Origin: Patescibacteria group bacterium
GTDB taxonomy: Bacteria; Patescibacteriota; Microgenomatia; UBA1400; UBA12028
DNA: 64,000 nt
Assembly: GCA_035479015.1 (NCBI GenBank)
Contig: DATIJC010000020.1
Location: forward strand, 4,365 to 68,364
Direction: 5' to 3'
Part shown: positions 20,188 to 30,197 of the stretch, piece by piece
How positions within the stretch are numbered: position 1 is the stretch's first letter
Layout of the letters: the number at the start of each line of letters is the position of its first letter
Program-made: the position numbers and the translations under genes
The notes under the pieces: model-generated
Database searches by the model: none
What the model was told of the DNA's origin: nothing
Seen by the model: the letters and a program-made list of their open reading frames with translations, nothing else

Positions 20188-21430
20188 CTCTGCCTGCTTT
20201 TTTAAATACCATGCCGATTATAAACCCTAGCACCTGCTGTTTGCCAGCTTTATAATCACTGACAGCCTTTGGATTCTCAGAAAGCACTGTCGCAATCACC
20301 TGGGACAATTTACTATCATCCATTTGCACCGTACTTTCAAGAGCTGCCATCTGTTCCAGTAGTATTTCTTTTGTATCACCTGTTATTTTCCCATTCACCA
20401 CCAAGTTAGCTACTCTTGCAGCACTACCTCCCAATTCTTCCATAACAGCCACTAGTTTTGGATTTTTGGCAATAATTTTTGCATCTGATTCTTTCAGTCC
20501 AAGCTCTTGTAAATGAGCGACAGTTTCCTGTGGAAGCCGCGGTAGAGCAGACATGATCCCCTCAACAAACTCTTTTGTGAAGTGTAATGGCGGTAGGTCT
20601 GGATCTGGGAAATAGCGATAGTCTTCCGCGGACTCTTTACTTCGCTGGGCAAATGTTTCACCCTTGGATTCGTTCCACCCACGTGTTTCTTGTCTCGGCA
20701 ATTCGCCTTTTCTCCGAATCTCTGATTGTCTCACTGTCTCAAAAGCAATTGCTCGTTCTATGTATCTGAAAGAGTTTAAGTTTTTGACCTCTACTTTATA
20801 TGGTGGTAAAGATTTATCAAAGGTTACGCTGATATTTGCTTCTAGGCGCATGGAACCCTTTTCCATGTCAGCGCTACTAACTTCTAGTGCTTTGATAATT
20901 TCAGCAATTTTTTTGGTATAGGCTTTGGCAGCCTCAGGAGAATGAATGTCAGGCTCACTAACTATCTCTACTAGTGGTACTCCAGAGCGGTTAAAGTCGA
21001 TCAAGGATTCATTATTTTGATGAAGTAATTTCCCTGTATCTTCTTCCAAATGAACGCGAGTAATCCGTACTGGACCAAATTCAGTATCTACGCTACCTTC
21101 GTAGCACAGCGGCTGATCATACTGGCTGATTTGATAGCCCTTTGGGAGATCCGGGTAAAAATAATGTTTGCGGTCAAATTTAGAAAACAAATTGATCTTG
21201 CACCCGAGAGCTAATCCAATCTTAATCGTCCACTCAATCGCCTTTTTATTCGCAACCGGTAGTGCTCCGGGCATCCCTAGACACACTGGACAGGTGTAGA
21301 TGTTAGGTTCTGGTGCAAAAAACGGATCATTCTTGCAGCCACAAAACATCTTGCTCTTTGTCGCAAGTTCGACGTGAATCTCAATCCCCACAACTGGTGT
21401 AAATGTACTTATTTTATCCATGCGTTCCAT
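20135..21430 (-). CDS. gatB: Asp/Glu-tRNA amidotransferase subunit B
   Basis: [20 protein letters not shown]...[15 protein letters not shown]. Confidence 0.9.
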   Translation of the reverse strand: MERMDKISTFTPVVGIEIHVELATKSKMFCGCKNDPFFAPEPNIYTCPVCLGMPGALPVANKKAIEWTIKIGLALGCKINLFSKFDRKHYFYPDLPKGYQISQYDQPLCYEGSVDTEFGPVRITRVHLEEDTGKLLHQNNESLIDFNRSGVPLVEIVSEPDIHSPEAAKAYTKKIAEIIKALEVSSADMEKGSMRLEANISVTFDKSLPPYKVEVKNLNSFRYIERAIAFETVRQSEIRRKGELPRQETRGWNESKGETFAQRSKESAEDYRYFPDPDLPPLHFTKEFVEGIMSALPRLPQETVAHLQELGLKESDAKIIAKNPKLVAVMEELGGSAARVANLVVNGKITGDTKEILLEQMAALESTVQMDDSKLSQVIATVLSENPKAVSDYKAGKQQVLGFIIGMVFKKAGRVDRERVQESIQKELHGQ

Positions 21431-22785
21431 TCTGTCGCTTGTTCATACGCGTAGGCGGCCTGGATCATGCGCTCTTCTTGCCACATGGGGGCAACAATGT
21501 TCAAACCAAGATACAAATTCGTTTTCTGATCGTGATACATTGGCACGTTTATTCCAGGTAAACCAGAAATAGAACTCGGTTCTACCAACATATCCGCCAA
21601 TTCTCCAAACATCGGGTTATCTCCGAGAGCGCCAATTTTTTGGGCAAACCCAGGCGATGTTGGTGAGATCAATAAATCGTATTTTTCAAACAGCTCGTTG
21701 TAGTTTTGAATGTACATTGAGCGAACTTGTTGCGCCTTCACATAGTACTTATCTGAATATCCTTTTGAAAGTGTGAAGGTTCCCAGCATGATGCGTCGTC
21801 TGGCTTCTTCGCCAAAGAACGAACGGTCATTGCCATAACGCACACCGTCATAGCGGGCTAAATTACTGCTCACTTCGCTGCGCTGTACCACTGTGTACAC
21901 AGCAATCGCTAGATCCGGTTTCATTGCCTTCGCAGTTTCTACTGTTGCGCCCAAGTTTTCAAATACTTTGCCGGCTTGCTGTAGCGCATTGGCAACTACT
22001 GTACCCTTAATTTTCTCATGTTCACTATAGAGAAGTCCGATACGCAACCCTTTCACCCCTTTTTTTATCTCCTTTGTAAAATCAGGAACGGGCAGCTTGG
22101 AAGTGGTCCCATCATATTTATCACTCCCAGCGATAATATTTAAAAGAATAGCCGTGTCATCTACTGTTTTTCCCATTGGCCCTGGGCTATCAAGTGACGA
22201 GCCCATCGCTACAACACCTGCACGGCTAACGCGTCCATACGTTGGCTTCAATCCGACGATCCCGCACCAACTAGCTGGTTGGCGTATAGATCCAGCCGTT
22301 TCTGAGCCAATGGCGGCGATACATAAATCTGCGGCTACCGCTGCAGCGCTCCCGCCAGAAGAGCCCCCTGGCAAATACTCAAGATTTCGGGGGTTTTTAG
22401 TCGGACCAAAGTCGGATGTCTCTGTACTGCTCCCGTGCGCCCAAGCGTCCATATTGGTTTTACCAATGATTGCTGCACCAGCCTCTTTTAGTTTCTTCGT
22501 GACAGTTGACTCGTATGGTGGTTTAAAATTTTCTAAAACTTTCGAACTCGCAGTCGTTACTAATCCCTTAGTCAAAAAGTTATCTTTAATTGCCAACGGT
22601 GCTCCTAACAAACTATTTGGATTTTGGAGTTTGGATTTTGGATTTTTGTTCCTCGCTAAATATATGTTTAGTTTTGGATTCTCTTGGTCAATCGCTTCGT
22701 TAATTTCAGCCAGTACGTCGTCCGGCGAAATTTCTCTTGCTTTCACTTTATCCAAATACTGTTTTAAGGTTAAATTTCTTAGCAT
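21409..22785 (-). CDS. gatA: Asp/Glu-tRNA amidotransferase subunit A (amidase signature)
   Basis: [13 protein letters not shown]...[13 protein letters not shown]. Confidence 0.95.
   Translation of the reverse strand: MLRNLTLKQYLDKVKAREISPDDVLAEINEAIDQENPKLNIYLARNKNPKSKLQNPNSLLGAPLAIKDNFLTKGLVTTASSKVLENFKPPYESTVTKKLKEAGAAIIGKTNMDAWAHGSSTETSDFGPTKNPRNLEYLPGGSSGGSAAAVAADLCIAAIGSETAGSIRQPASWCGIVGLKPTYGRVSRAGVVAMGSSLDSPGPMGKTVDDTAILLNIIAGSDKYDGTTSKLPVPDFTKEIKKGVKGLRIGLLYSEHEKIKGTVVANALQQAGKVFENLGATVETAKAMKPDLAIAVYTVVQRSEVSSNLARYDGVRYGNDRSFFGEEARRRIMLGTFTLSKGYSDKYYVKAQQVRSMYIQNYNELFEKYDLLISPTSPGFAQKIGALGDNPMFGELADMLVEPSSISGLPGINVPMYHDQKTNLYLGLNIVAPMWQEERMIQAAYAYEQATEWNAWIK
22619..22646. repeat. 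heptanucleotide tandem array (GGATTTT/GGAGTTT) x4 inside the gatA coding sequence; encodes [11 protein letters not shown]
   Basis: Seen directly. The same unit occurs inside ileS at 50692-50721. Confidence 0.7.
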
Positions 22786-22787
22786 AA

Positions 22788-23087
22788 CTACTCACCAATC
22801 AATTGCGGTACCACAAAATATCCATCGTGTTTATTTGATGCATTACTCAGCGCTTCCTCCTGTGTAAACATGCGCTCCTCGTCTACCTCATCTTCTCGCA
22901 ATACATTTTCCAAGCCAGTCACCTGATGTGTGGGCTCCACTCCGGATGTATCTACGTCCATGAGTTGGTCAACTACCTTGAGAGTCGTGACAAAACCCGA
23001 AGCTAATTTTTCCTCTTCAGCCTTCGTGACAGGTATGTTTGCGAGATTTGCAATGTGCGCGACAAGCTGCGCATTCATGACGGACAT
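22788..23087 (-). CDS. gatC: Asp/Glu-tRNA amidotransferase subunit C
   Basis: 99 aa, immediately upstream of gatA, with a GatC-like sequence. Confidence 0.8.
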   Translation of the reverse strand: MSVMNAQLVAHIANLANIPVTKAEEEKLASGFVTTLKVVDQLMDVDTSGVEPTHQVTGLENVLREDEVDEERMFTQEEALSNASNKHDGYFVVPQLIGE

Positions 23088-23099
23088 ATGGGTTATATT

Positions 23100-24032
23100 C
23101 TACATCGATTTTAATCTTTTGATGCGGTCAGCAAGGGGTGGATGCGTAGAAAAAAGTCCAGAGAGAAATCCGACAGCACCATTGCCTTCAAACTTCATAT
23201 TTGGGGTGTCCAAATGAAATGGGCTGTGAATATACAGATGTGCCGTGGCTTTGTTAGCAGCTTCAAGAGGTTCACGGTCAGCGCCAAGCTTGGCAAGGGC
23301 CGACGCTAGTCCTGGTGGATACTTAGTCAGAGCCGCTCCGGAAGCATCAGCTAAGTATTCGCGCTCTCTAGAGATAGCTAGCTGGATCAAGGTTGCGATA
23401 ATTGGCGACAAAATAGCAAAGACAATTCCCAGGACAAAGAAAATCATCTGTGAATCTCCACCTTCGCGGTTGTTACGCCGTTTGCCCCCGCCAAAATAGG
23501 TAATGCGCAAAAACCAGTCACCAAGCAACGCGACCAATCCCACTAGGATCGAAACGATAGACATCAAGCGCGTGTCATAGTTTCTTACATGTGATAGCTC
23601 GTGAGCGATCACACCTTCAAGTTCTGTACGATCAAGACGAGAGAGAATTCCTGTTGTTGCACACAAAGCTGCGTGTTGTGGATCACGACCCGTAGCGAAT
23701 GCATTCATTGCGGTGTCGTCTATAACATAGAGCTTTGGCATTGGTAAACCTGCTGCCAAGCATAAGTTTTCAGTGACTGTATAGAACATGAAGTCGTGTT
23801 TGCGGTCAGCAGGACGTGCGCCTGAGATACCCAAAACTATTTGATCGGAAAAGTAATAACTGCCCAAAGACGTAGCTCCAGCGATGACCAGCGCAAAGCC
23901 TGAAATAGAGAGCGGATCATACCCCAAGCCTTGGGCCATGACGTATGCGACAGCAACCACGAACACCACAAACAAGATCATGATGATCCAGCTTTTACGT
24001 TTGTTCTGGTCAACCGCCTGATAAAAATTCAT
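23100..24032 (-). CDS. htpX: M48 zinc metalloprotease HtpX-like
   Basis: TM helices plus HELSHV (the HExxH motif). Confidence 0.85.
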   Translation of the reverse strand: MNFYQAVDQNKRKSWIIMILFVVFVVAVAYVMAQGLGYDPLSISGFALVIAGATSLGSYYFSDQIVLGISGARPADRKHDFMFYTVTENLCLAAGLPMPKLYVIDDTAMNAFATGRDPQHAALCATTGILSRLDRTELEGVIAHELSHVRNYDTRLMSIVSILVGLVALLGDWFLRITYFGGGKRRNNREGGDSQMIFFVLGIVFAILSPIIATLIQLAISREREYLADASGAALTKYPPGLASALAKLGADREPLEAANKATAHLYIHSPFHLDTPNMKFEGNGAVGFLSGLFSTHPPLADRIKRLKSM

Positions 24033-24811
24033 TACTTCCTCTTTCGTTTGCCTTCTTCTTTTATTTTATCTCCTCGCATGAGCGGCTGTATACTTTGTTC
24101 ATACTCAATAACAAAGTTGTCTACCTGGTTGCCAGAGAACCCTATTCTTGTATATTTTCCACAAATGTAGAGCCCGTTAAGTACTTGCCGTCGCTGTCCA
24201 CCTCTGATTATCCCTTGTTTAGGTATTTCTGAAACACCATATTCCCTAGCAATCCACCAAACAAACTCTTGAATCAGATAGAAGCAATATCCAACTTCTG
24301 AAATCTGCTTTTCTCTCACCTCAACGAGAACCTTAGACACGATTTTTTCATCATAAAAGTTTTGTTCATATGATATTTGGTGAACTATATCATCCGGGTC
24401 TCGAACTCTTCCTTCCTCACGATATATTTGTTGATCCAGATAGAACTTCACCAACAGATCAATATATGTTCGAATTTCATTCAAGTGATCAACTACTTCC
24501 TGATCCCTTACTTCTTCACCTTCTGTATTTAACAATTCATATAGCGCAACAATATTCTCATACGTATCAGAAACTTTGTTGAAATGCTCGAGATAACTTA
24601 GAGCATTTCTAGTTACAATATCAGCACATAAATTGCGAAATTCAGAAAGATTCTCAAAACCAATTTGTTTTGCGTATGTTTGAAAGTGTAAATATTCATC
24701 AAGTATTCGCCCATAACGTGTGCCAGAGATGCTATCGCTATACAAAGTAGCAAGTTGCTCAATTGACGCGACACGTTGATCAAACTCAACTTTAGAAATA
24801 TGGTTAGCCAT
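24032..24811 (-). CDS. hypothetical protein (259 aa)
   Basis: Intact ORF in an operon with htpX and lemA. No motif recognised. Confidence 0.45.
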   Translation of the reverse strand: MANHISKVEFDQRVASIEQLATLYSDSISGTRYGRILDEYLHFQTYAKQIGFENLSEFRNLCADIVTRNALSYLEHFNKVSDTYENIVALYELLNTEGEEVRDQEVVDHLNEIRTYIDLLVKFYLDQQIYREEGRVRDPDDIVHQISYEQNFYDEKIVSKVLVEVREKQISEVGYCFYLIQEFVWWIAREYGVSEIPKQGIIRGGQRRQVLNGLYICGKYTRIGFSGNQVDNFVIEYEQSIQPLMRGDKIKEEGKRKRK

Positions 24812-24837
24812 GTCTACTCACTTATTTCGCCATAAAT

Positions 24838-25449
24838 CTACAAACTGACCTTAACATCATGTGTTTCTTCTTCCGAAACTTCCACGTGCGCCCCAGTAGA
24901 AGGAGTTGCAATCCCGGGTTTCTTAATAAAACCAAAAACGCTGCCAAAAATATTGCCTGGGAAGGTAACAAGTGACTGGTTGTATTGCTGAGTCAAGTCA
25001 ATCACAGAGCGCCTGGCATACATCAACTTATCTGCAGTATCGCGCAGCTCATTCATCAGATCACTGACAACCCTGTCAGCTTTAATCTCTGGGTTACTTT
25101 CAACAATGACCTGCAATTTGCTGGCCAAGCCGTTCATAGCGGATTCCACTTTATCCAAGGCCTTCCCACTCGTACCACCATCAGCAGCTTCCACCGCCTT
25201 ACGGGCATCCGTCAAGCTCGCAAAAATTCCTTTTTCGTGCTTCATGTAACCTTTGACGCTGGCTTCAAGATTGGGAATGAGTGAAGCTTGGCGCTTCAGT
25301 TGGTTGCCGATCTCTTGGATTGCGGCATCGATGCGCGTCGACGTAGTCTGAAATGAGTTGTAAACACTGGCGATATAGAGCAGTGCGACGACAACAATAA
25401 TGATTGGAATAAACATAAAATACCCCCTGCATTTGATTATACGCTTCAT
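24838..25449 (-). CDS. lemA: LemA family membrane protein
   Basis: N-terminal TM helix, YN-rich region and C-terminal FPGNIFGSVFGF block typical of LemA. Confidence 0.8.
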   Translation of the reverse strand: MKRIIKCRGYFMFIPIIIVVVALLYIASVYNSFQTTSTRIDAAIQEIGNQLKRQASLIPNLEASVKGYMKHEKGIFASLTDARKAVEAADGGTSGKALDKVESAMNGLASKLQVIVESNPEIKADRVVSDLMNELRDTADKLMYARRSVIDLTQQYNQSLVTFPGNIFGSVFGFIKKPGIATPSTGAHVEVSEEETHDVKVSL

Positions 25450-25472
25450 CCCACGAAGGTGGGGACCCTTAG

Positions 25473-25751
25473 GTGTATAGTCATCAAATGTCGACCGAAA
25501 CTGAATCTGTCATCGTGCATATTTCTTTAGAGCAAGCAGGGATTACTTTTGATAAATTATTTAAATCAAAACTGGGGAGAGAGTTTAACGGTAGTGAAGA
25601 TGATATTATGGCCGTGGTTCCAATGATTTTGCTTGAGTTAAGTTCGCCATATTCAAGTAACCCATTTTACTTACGCATTATCGGTGATAAAGCTGAGGTG
25701 CAGATATTGCACGTCTTGCCTGCGGGAGGAGACTCGAATGAATGGGATTGA
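25473..25751 (+). CDS. hypothetical small protein
   Basis: ORF only. Confidence 0.3.
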   Translation: MYSHQMSTETESVIVHISLEQAGITFDKLFKSKLGREFNGSEDDIMAVVPMILLELSSPYSSNPFYLRIIGDKAEVQILHVLPAGGDSNEWD

Positions 25752-25797
25752 CCGACTCATATTGAGACAGGGTATAAGTATATAAATAGAAAGAAAT

Positions 25798-26037
25798 ATG
25801 CCGACAGAGCTAATTGGAGAAAATAAAAGTGTTTCATTGCGGGATTTGCACGCCATCAAAATACCAAGCAAGAAAGAGATCGAGTTTGACAATGCCTGGT
25901 ACAAGAGAATTACGGCCAAACTTCAAGAATATTTTGCAGAGCAATTACAGGATGGAGGGCATGTCTCAAGTTGGGCTTTGAATCGAACCGAAGGGACACT
26001 AAGCGTCATCCTCGCCAGACCTAAGTCAAGAAAATAA
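25798..26037 (+). CDS. hypothetical small protein
   Basis: ORF only. Confidence 0.3.
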   Translation: MPTELIGENKSVSLRDLHAIKIPSKKEIEFDNAWYKRITAKLQEYFAEQLQDGGHVSSWALNRTEGTLSVILARPKSRK

Positions 26038-26170
26038 GGCGGGCGCACCCAGTATCGAACTCTTCGAACACTTATTCCTGGGCTACCGGGAAATATAATC
26101 CCCCCTCTCACTGTAAGGGGCAGGGCGAAATTTTCGCAACACTCCGTGGTGATAAACCCGAAGGATAAAC

Positions 26171-26584
26171 CTATTTTCGTTTGAATAAAGATTGGGCTCT
26201 ATGGTATAGCCAGACCCAGGGATATTGTTCTGCCTTTAGACGATTTAATTCTGCAACCGCATCTTGAATTTCTTCGTTGCTTAAAGGTCTTAATGATTTA
26301 TTTATTTCTTCATCTGTACTTCCGGCTTCCCTCATTTTTTGACGCACCTTGCTAGTCTCTTTTTTGTTAATTTCCAGTGCTTTTTGTAAATCTCGGTCGC
26401 CTTCCAAGTACGTCTGATACAGTTTGTTGATCTCTGCCGCTGAAACATCTTCTGTCAAGAGTTTAGCTGACAGCTCCTCTTTACCATGTTTCAAGAAATA
26501 CTTGGACACGACAACTCGTTTGTCTTCAAGCGAAATTGTAGAAATTGAAGGATCACCGCCTGGCTCATTTATTAACCCGCTCAT
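26171..26584 (-). CDS. hypothetical protein (137 aa)
   Basis: ORF only. Confidence 0.4.
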   Translation of the reverse strand: MSGLINEPGGDPSISTISLEDKRVVVSKYFLKHGKEELSAKLLTEDVSAAEINKLYQTYLEGDRDLQKALEINKKETSKVRQKMREAGSTDEEINKSLRPLSNEEIQDAVAELNRLKAEQYPWVWLYHRAQSLFKRK

Positions 26585-26628
26585 TGCTACATTGTACAGA
26601 ATAATAGAAAATTTTCACTATTTATTGC

Positions 26629-26703
26629 GCTCCGGATCGGATTCGAACCGACGGTCTTCTCCGTGACAGGGAGACGTGTTAGGCCAGCTACACCACCGGA
26701 GCT
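26629..26703 (-). tRNA. tRNA-Asp (anticodon GTC)
   Basis: Reverse-complement folds as GCTCCGG...CTGTCAC loop...GTCGG-TTCGAAT-CCGAT...CCGGAGC-G. Confidence 0.8.
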
Positions 26704-26750
26704 CAAGATATATATTCTATCATGTGAAAATAGTATTTTCGGGCATTAAA

Positions 26751-26789
26751 AACCCGCTCCTTGCGGAAGCGGGCTTTCAAAAAACAAAT
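26751..26789 (-). terminator. intrinsic terminator on the minus strand (AAAGCCCGCTTCC-GCAA-GGAGCGGGTTTTT)
   Basis: Hairpin with one bulge followed by a T5 run, downstream of the 26792-27217 ORF. Confidence 0.5.
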
Positions 26790-26791
26790 GA

Positions 26792-27217
26792 TCAGCCCCA
26801 CGGTCCACTCTGCGGATTGCCGAGTGTGTGATTGACCATTTCCTGGCCCGTAATCAGAACCCCCTCGCCGGGACGTGTTTTCCATGGTCCCGAAAGGATC
26901 GGTCCGAATACGGAGACGCCGAACTTCCATCCGCTGCCGATTTTCTTCGGCACTTCCATCAAGACTGCACTGACACCAAACCTGTTGGCATGGGTCTTTG
27001 CAAGCGCCAAAGGCTTCAGGTATCCGCCTTTCCACATCTCAGCCCCGATAGTTTCACCGGGTTGAGAGTTGAAAACCAAAACCAATACCCTACTTCGCCA
27101 CAGCGTCAGATTGACGAAGAGTACCTTGCGGTACTCTTTTGGTGCCGGGATCAGCACCAAATTGGCGTAATGAACCTCTGGCTCAGTGTCTTTCACGTTC
27201 TTCTGTTGGCTACTCAT
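26792..27217 (-). CDS. hypothetical protein (141 aa)
   Basis: Followed by a terminator. Preferred over the overlapping antisense ORF 26828-27271. Confidence 0.4.
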   Translation of the reverse strand: MSSQQKNVKDTEPEVHYANLVLIPAPKEYRKVLFVNLTLWRSRVLVLVFNSQPGETIGAEMWKGGYLKPLALAKTHANRFGVSAVLMEVPKKIGSGWKFGVSVFGPILSGPWKTRPGEGVLITGQEMVNHTLGNPQSGPWG

Positions 27218-27340
27218 CGTAGCCTCCTTTTTCTAGAGGACCCGCCGCGTGGAGCGGTGAGCCCTACGTAGCGAGGCGATTATTATAAGCCTATAACTAT
27301 ATAAAGTCAAAACACCACATTTGGTATACTATCGCCGAAT

Positions 27341-27640
27341 ATGACAAATAATAGAAAAGAGACCTCCAGAGTTGTAGCTAAAATTCTGCCAATTAATCCA
27401 CTCGATCAGGATGCCGCCAAAGATCTGCATATGAAACCAGATCCAAAGGGTCTGCGTCTGAGATGGTCACAACCGCTGCATAAACCACTTTTCGTTGAGC
27501 GATTTGACCCTGATGTTGAGGATGACTCACTAAGGGTAAAAGTCGGTGTCAGTGAGAAAGTTCAAGACTATATTGCCACCTTTGGTAAAGAATCAAACAC
27601 AGCACACGCAATGCTGGTTCGCTTACGCAGACGCACATAA
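27341..27640 (+). CDS. hypothetical protein (99 aa)
   Basis: Extended -10 TGGTATACT lies 13 nt upstream. Confidence 0.4.
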   Translation: MTNNRKETSRVVAKILPINPLDQDAAKDLHMKPDPKGLRLRWSQPLHKPLFVERFDPDVEDDSLRVKVGVSEKVQDYIATFGKESNTAHAMLVRLRRRT

Positions 27641-27748
27641 TTCAGATAACATTCGTCTTTCATTCAAACTCCCCCTTGACTCTTTCTGTATTTATTCGTA
27701 GTGTGTGTATCAACATTCGGGTCCTAGAGTATATAGAAAGAGGATACT

Positions 27749-28342
27749 ATGCCAAAAAAACAGCCTAGCTTCACTGAAAAACTGCAGCAATATGAAACGG
27801 AGATCAGTAGTCTTCTTGGAATGCTTGTCGTCCTCGTCCTCGCGGGCGCCATTTTCTTTTTCATCAAGCGTTCAGTCCCTACCCCTCAGGTATCACCCAA
27901 TGATCAAGCCAGTCAAATTGAAGATCTTATGAAGCAACAGCAAGCCGAATCCTCAAACACGTACACCGTCAAACGTGGACAAGGCCTTTCACAAGTAGCC
28001 AAAGAGGTGTACCACGATGGTAAGAAGTGGACGCTGATTGCCGAGGCGAACAATTTGAAAGCTCCGTATGTCTTGGAAGCTGGACAGAAGTTAAATGTGC
28101 CAGACGCGCCAGGAGCAACTGCTGCACCTACTTCTGAACCCGAGAAAGGAGAGGAAACAGAGCCCGTTGGAAAATCTGATACCACCACATATACCGTGCA
28201 AAAGAATGATAACCTGTGGGAAATCGCTGTCGCGCAATATAAAGATGGGTACAAGTGGACAAAGATCTATGCAGCCAACAAGAACTTGATCGGCAAGAAC
28301 CCTGGGATTATCAACGCAGGACAGGTACTAACGCTCCCATAA
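27749..28342 (+). CDS. membrane-anchored protein with two LysM peptidoglycan-binding domains
   Basis: YTVKRGQGLSQVAKEVY...AGQKLNVP and YTVQKNDNLWEIAV...AGQVLTLP. SD GAGGA upstream. Confidence 0.85.
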   Translation: MPKKQPSFTEKLQQYETEISSLLGMLVVLVLAGAIFFFIKRSVPTPQVSPNDQASQIEDLMKQQQAESSNTYTVKRGQGLSQVAKEVYHDGKKWTLIAEANNLKAPYVLEAGQKLNVPDAPGATAAPTSEPEKGEETEPVGKSDTTTYTVQKNDNLWEIAVAQYKDGYKWTKIYAANKNLIGKNPGIINAGQVLTLP

Positions 28343-28410
28343 TTATTAATTTTGAAATAATCCAAGGGCATCTATATCAAAAGGTGCCCTTTTGGTATAG
28401 TAATTAAATT

Positions 28411-28677
28411 ATGGCAAATGAAACATTAAATATCATTGATGCTGCAAAACAAGCGAGAGATGATAAGAAATTAACACCTGAGGGCTTCCTGACAATCTTA
28501 CAAGCTGTTCAACAAAGAAGTGAAGATGTACTCTCTCAAACCGAATCTAGTTACCCGGATACCGCAAACTCATACGAAGCTCTAGCGCTACTCGAAATAA
28601 TAATTGATCTAGAAACGTATGCTGGAGTACCAAATAACTTCTACATGCATAAGGTAGCATTGCCTCATGATTTATAA
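28411..28677 (+). CDS. hypothetical small protein
   Basis: ORF only. Confidence 0.3.
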   Translation: MANETLNIIDAAKQARDDKKLTPEGFLTILQAVQQRSEDVLSQTESSYPDTANSYEALALLEIIIDLETYAGVPNNFYMHKVALPHDL

Positions 28678-28700
28678 GTTCTGGTAGAATATCCACAATA

Positions 28701-28771
28701 GCGGGATTAGTTTACCGGTAAAATATCTCCTTCCCAAGGAGAAGTAAGGGGTTCAATTCCCCTATCCCGCT
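28701..28771 (+). tRNA. tRNA-Gly (anticodon CCC)
   Basis: GCGGGAT/ATCCCGC acceptor, anticodon loop TTCCCAA, T-arm AGGGGTTCAATTCCCCT. Confidence 0.8.
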
Positions 28772-28794
28772 CTTGCCTTTCTTCTTCGGGTATA

Positions 28795-29748
28795 ATGCAT
28801 CCCAATATGGGACAAGAGCGGATAATGCTTCGAAAAGCTTCTCGGTTATTAGGTCTTCGCGCAGATCGAGTTCTTGCAGCCGCCCAAGAAATTTCAGAGG
28901 AAGATCCCACAGTCACTATCGAAATGATTGGAAACGGAACATATCTGCCGCACGCCCTGCTCGAACGAATTCGCAAACACTTGGGGTTACTAAATGAAGA
29001 GGAAGAGCGGGAACTACGCGATACTGGGTACATGACAGTACAAGAAACAGCAGATTTTCTGGGAATACATCATGCGGTCGTTTGTGATTTTCTCAAGGTT
29101 GTGTGTCCAAATTGGAGGACCTCGCACCCGTATATTAGAAGTGGAAAAGCATGGATGAGCTTGCTTTCTACAGACACAGTCCAAAAAGTGACTAGATACC
29201 GCAAGCTTTCAGAAGAACGACAAGTACTTGGAAACTGGAGATGGCAAAAACGTCACCGAACCAATCACGTCAATGTGCGCGACATTGACCTAAACCCAGA
29301 TTCTGATCCTACATTAAAAAAAGCCTTTGAAGGCAGTGTAAGCGACCTACGATACCATTTTAGATCTGGCACTTTACAGAGAATATCCGACTCGCTCCAA
29401 GTATACAAAGACAAGCAGAGAATCGCCCAGACCATACTTCAAAACTCAGATATTATCCCCTTGGAAGAAGCCGACATAGAAATGCTGTCTAACATTGTTG
29501 AATCGACCGCACTTTCCCGAGATCTCATTATCATCAGTCTTTTACCTGTTCTTGTCGATCGCGTAGAACGACGAAACATTGATGATACTAAGAGAAATAT
29601 ATTGATTGCGCAAGGCTACAAGTATCTTCATGAAGAAATTTCAAATTTCACGGATTATGATATTCTCCAAGAAAATTTGGAACGATTTCTCCTGCTCTAT
29701 ATGTTCGACGTCACCAAAAATGTCTTTCAAAAATTGAATAACCTATGA
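28795..29748 (+). CDS. hypothetical protein with a putative helix-turn-helix segment (YMTVQETADFLGIHHAVVCDFLK)
   Basis: ORF plus an HTH-like motif only. Confidence 0.45.
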   Translation: MHPNMGQERIMLRKASRLLGLRADRVLAAAQEISEEDPTVTIEMIGNGTYLPHALLERIRKHLGLLNEEEERELRDTGYMTVQETADFLGIHHAVVCDFLKVVCPNWRTSHPYIRSGKAWMSLLSTDTVQKVTRYRKLSEERQVLGNWRWQKRHRTNHVNVRDIDLNPDSDPTLKKAFEGSVSDLRYHFRSGTLQRISDSLQVYKDKQRIAQTILQNSDIIPLEEADIEMLSNIVESTALSRDLIIISLLPVLVDRVERRNIDDTKRNILIAQGYKYLHEEISNFTDYDILQENLERFLLLYMFDVTKNVFQKLNNL

Positions 29749-30197
29749 CGGATCTCCAATCTACCCTCATTTTTGTCTATGGTCTCGCAAATTTCATACT
29801 TTTTATACGTGGATTTCACGAAACCAAAAATAAGAAAAATGCGTATGGCTTGACACCTTGGTTACTGCCGGTGGGAATGTTCGCCTGGGCAGATTCAATA
29901 TCAATTGGTATATTCTGGACACTGACTTCATTCATCGCACTATTTCGTGATGATTGGATATTATTTCTACTTATAGTTTCCCTATTTTGGGCTGTGCGCG
30001 CTTTTGGAGAGATGACTTATTGGTTTCACCAGCAGTTTTCATCAAAGAACCTCAATCCCATCGAGAAAATTCCTTGGCATAGCATTTTTCATGACGATTC
30101 GGTGTGGTTTTTTGTACAAACTATTTGGCAATGCATTTTGGTGACGACGCTCATTACTTCTGTGTACCTAGCACATCTTTGGTTACGCGGTAAATGA
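29745..30197 (+). CDS. hypothetical integral membrane protein (4 TM helices)
   Basis: Hydrophobic helices. Start overlaps the upstream gene by 4 nt. Confidence 0.45.
   Translation: MTDLQSTLIFVYGLANFILFIRGFHETKNKKNAYGLTPWLLPVGMFAWADSISIGIFWTLTSFIALFRDDWILFLLIVSLFWAVRAFGEMTYWFHQQFSSKNLNPIEKIPWHSIFHDDSVWFFVQTIWQCILVTTLITSVYLAHLWLRGK

Noticed and set aside
25971-26050. T-loop-like GGTTCGATTC on the minus strand, considered as a tRNA
   Set aside because: No acceptor, D or anticodon stems could be paired around it. It lies inside a small ORF and is probably a chance match.
26828-27271. 147-aa plus-strand ORF overlapping the 26792-27217 minus-strand ORF
   Set aside because: The two are mutually exclusive. 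The minus-strand ORF is followed by an intrinsic terminator in its own orientation, so it was preferred. Neither has homology support, so confidence stays low.
28707-29033. ORFs 28707-29033 (-) and 28773-28997 (+) overlapping tRNA-Gly and the HTH gene
   Set aside because: They overlap a well-formed tRNA and the longer 28795-29748 ORF. No support.
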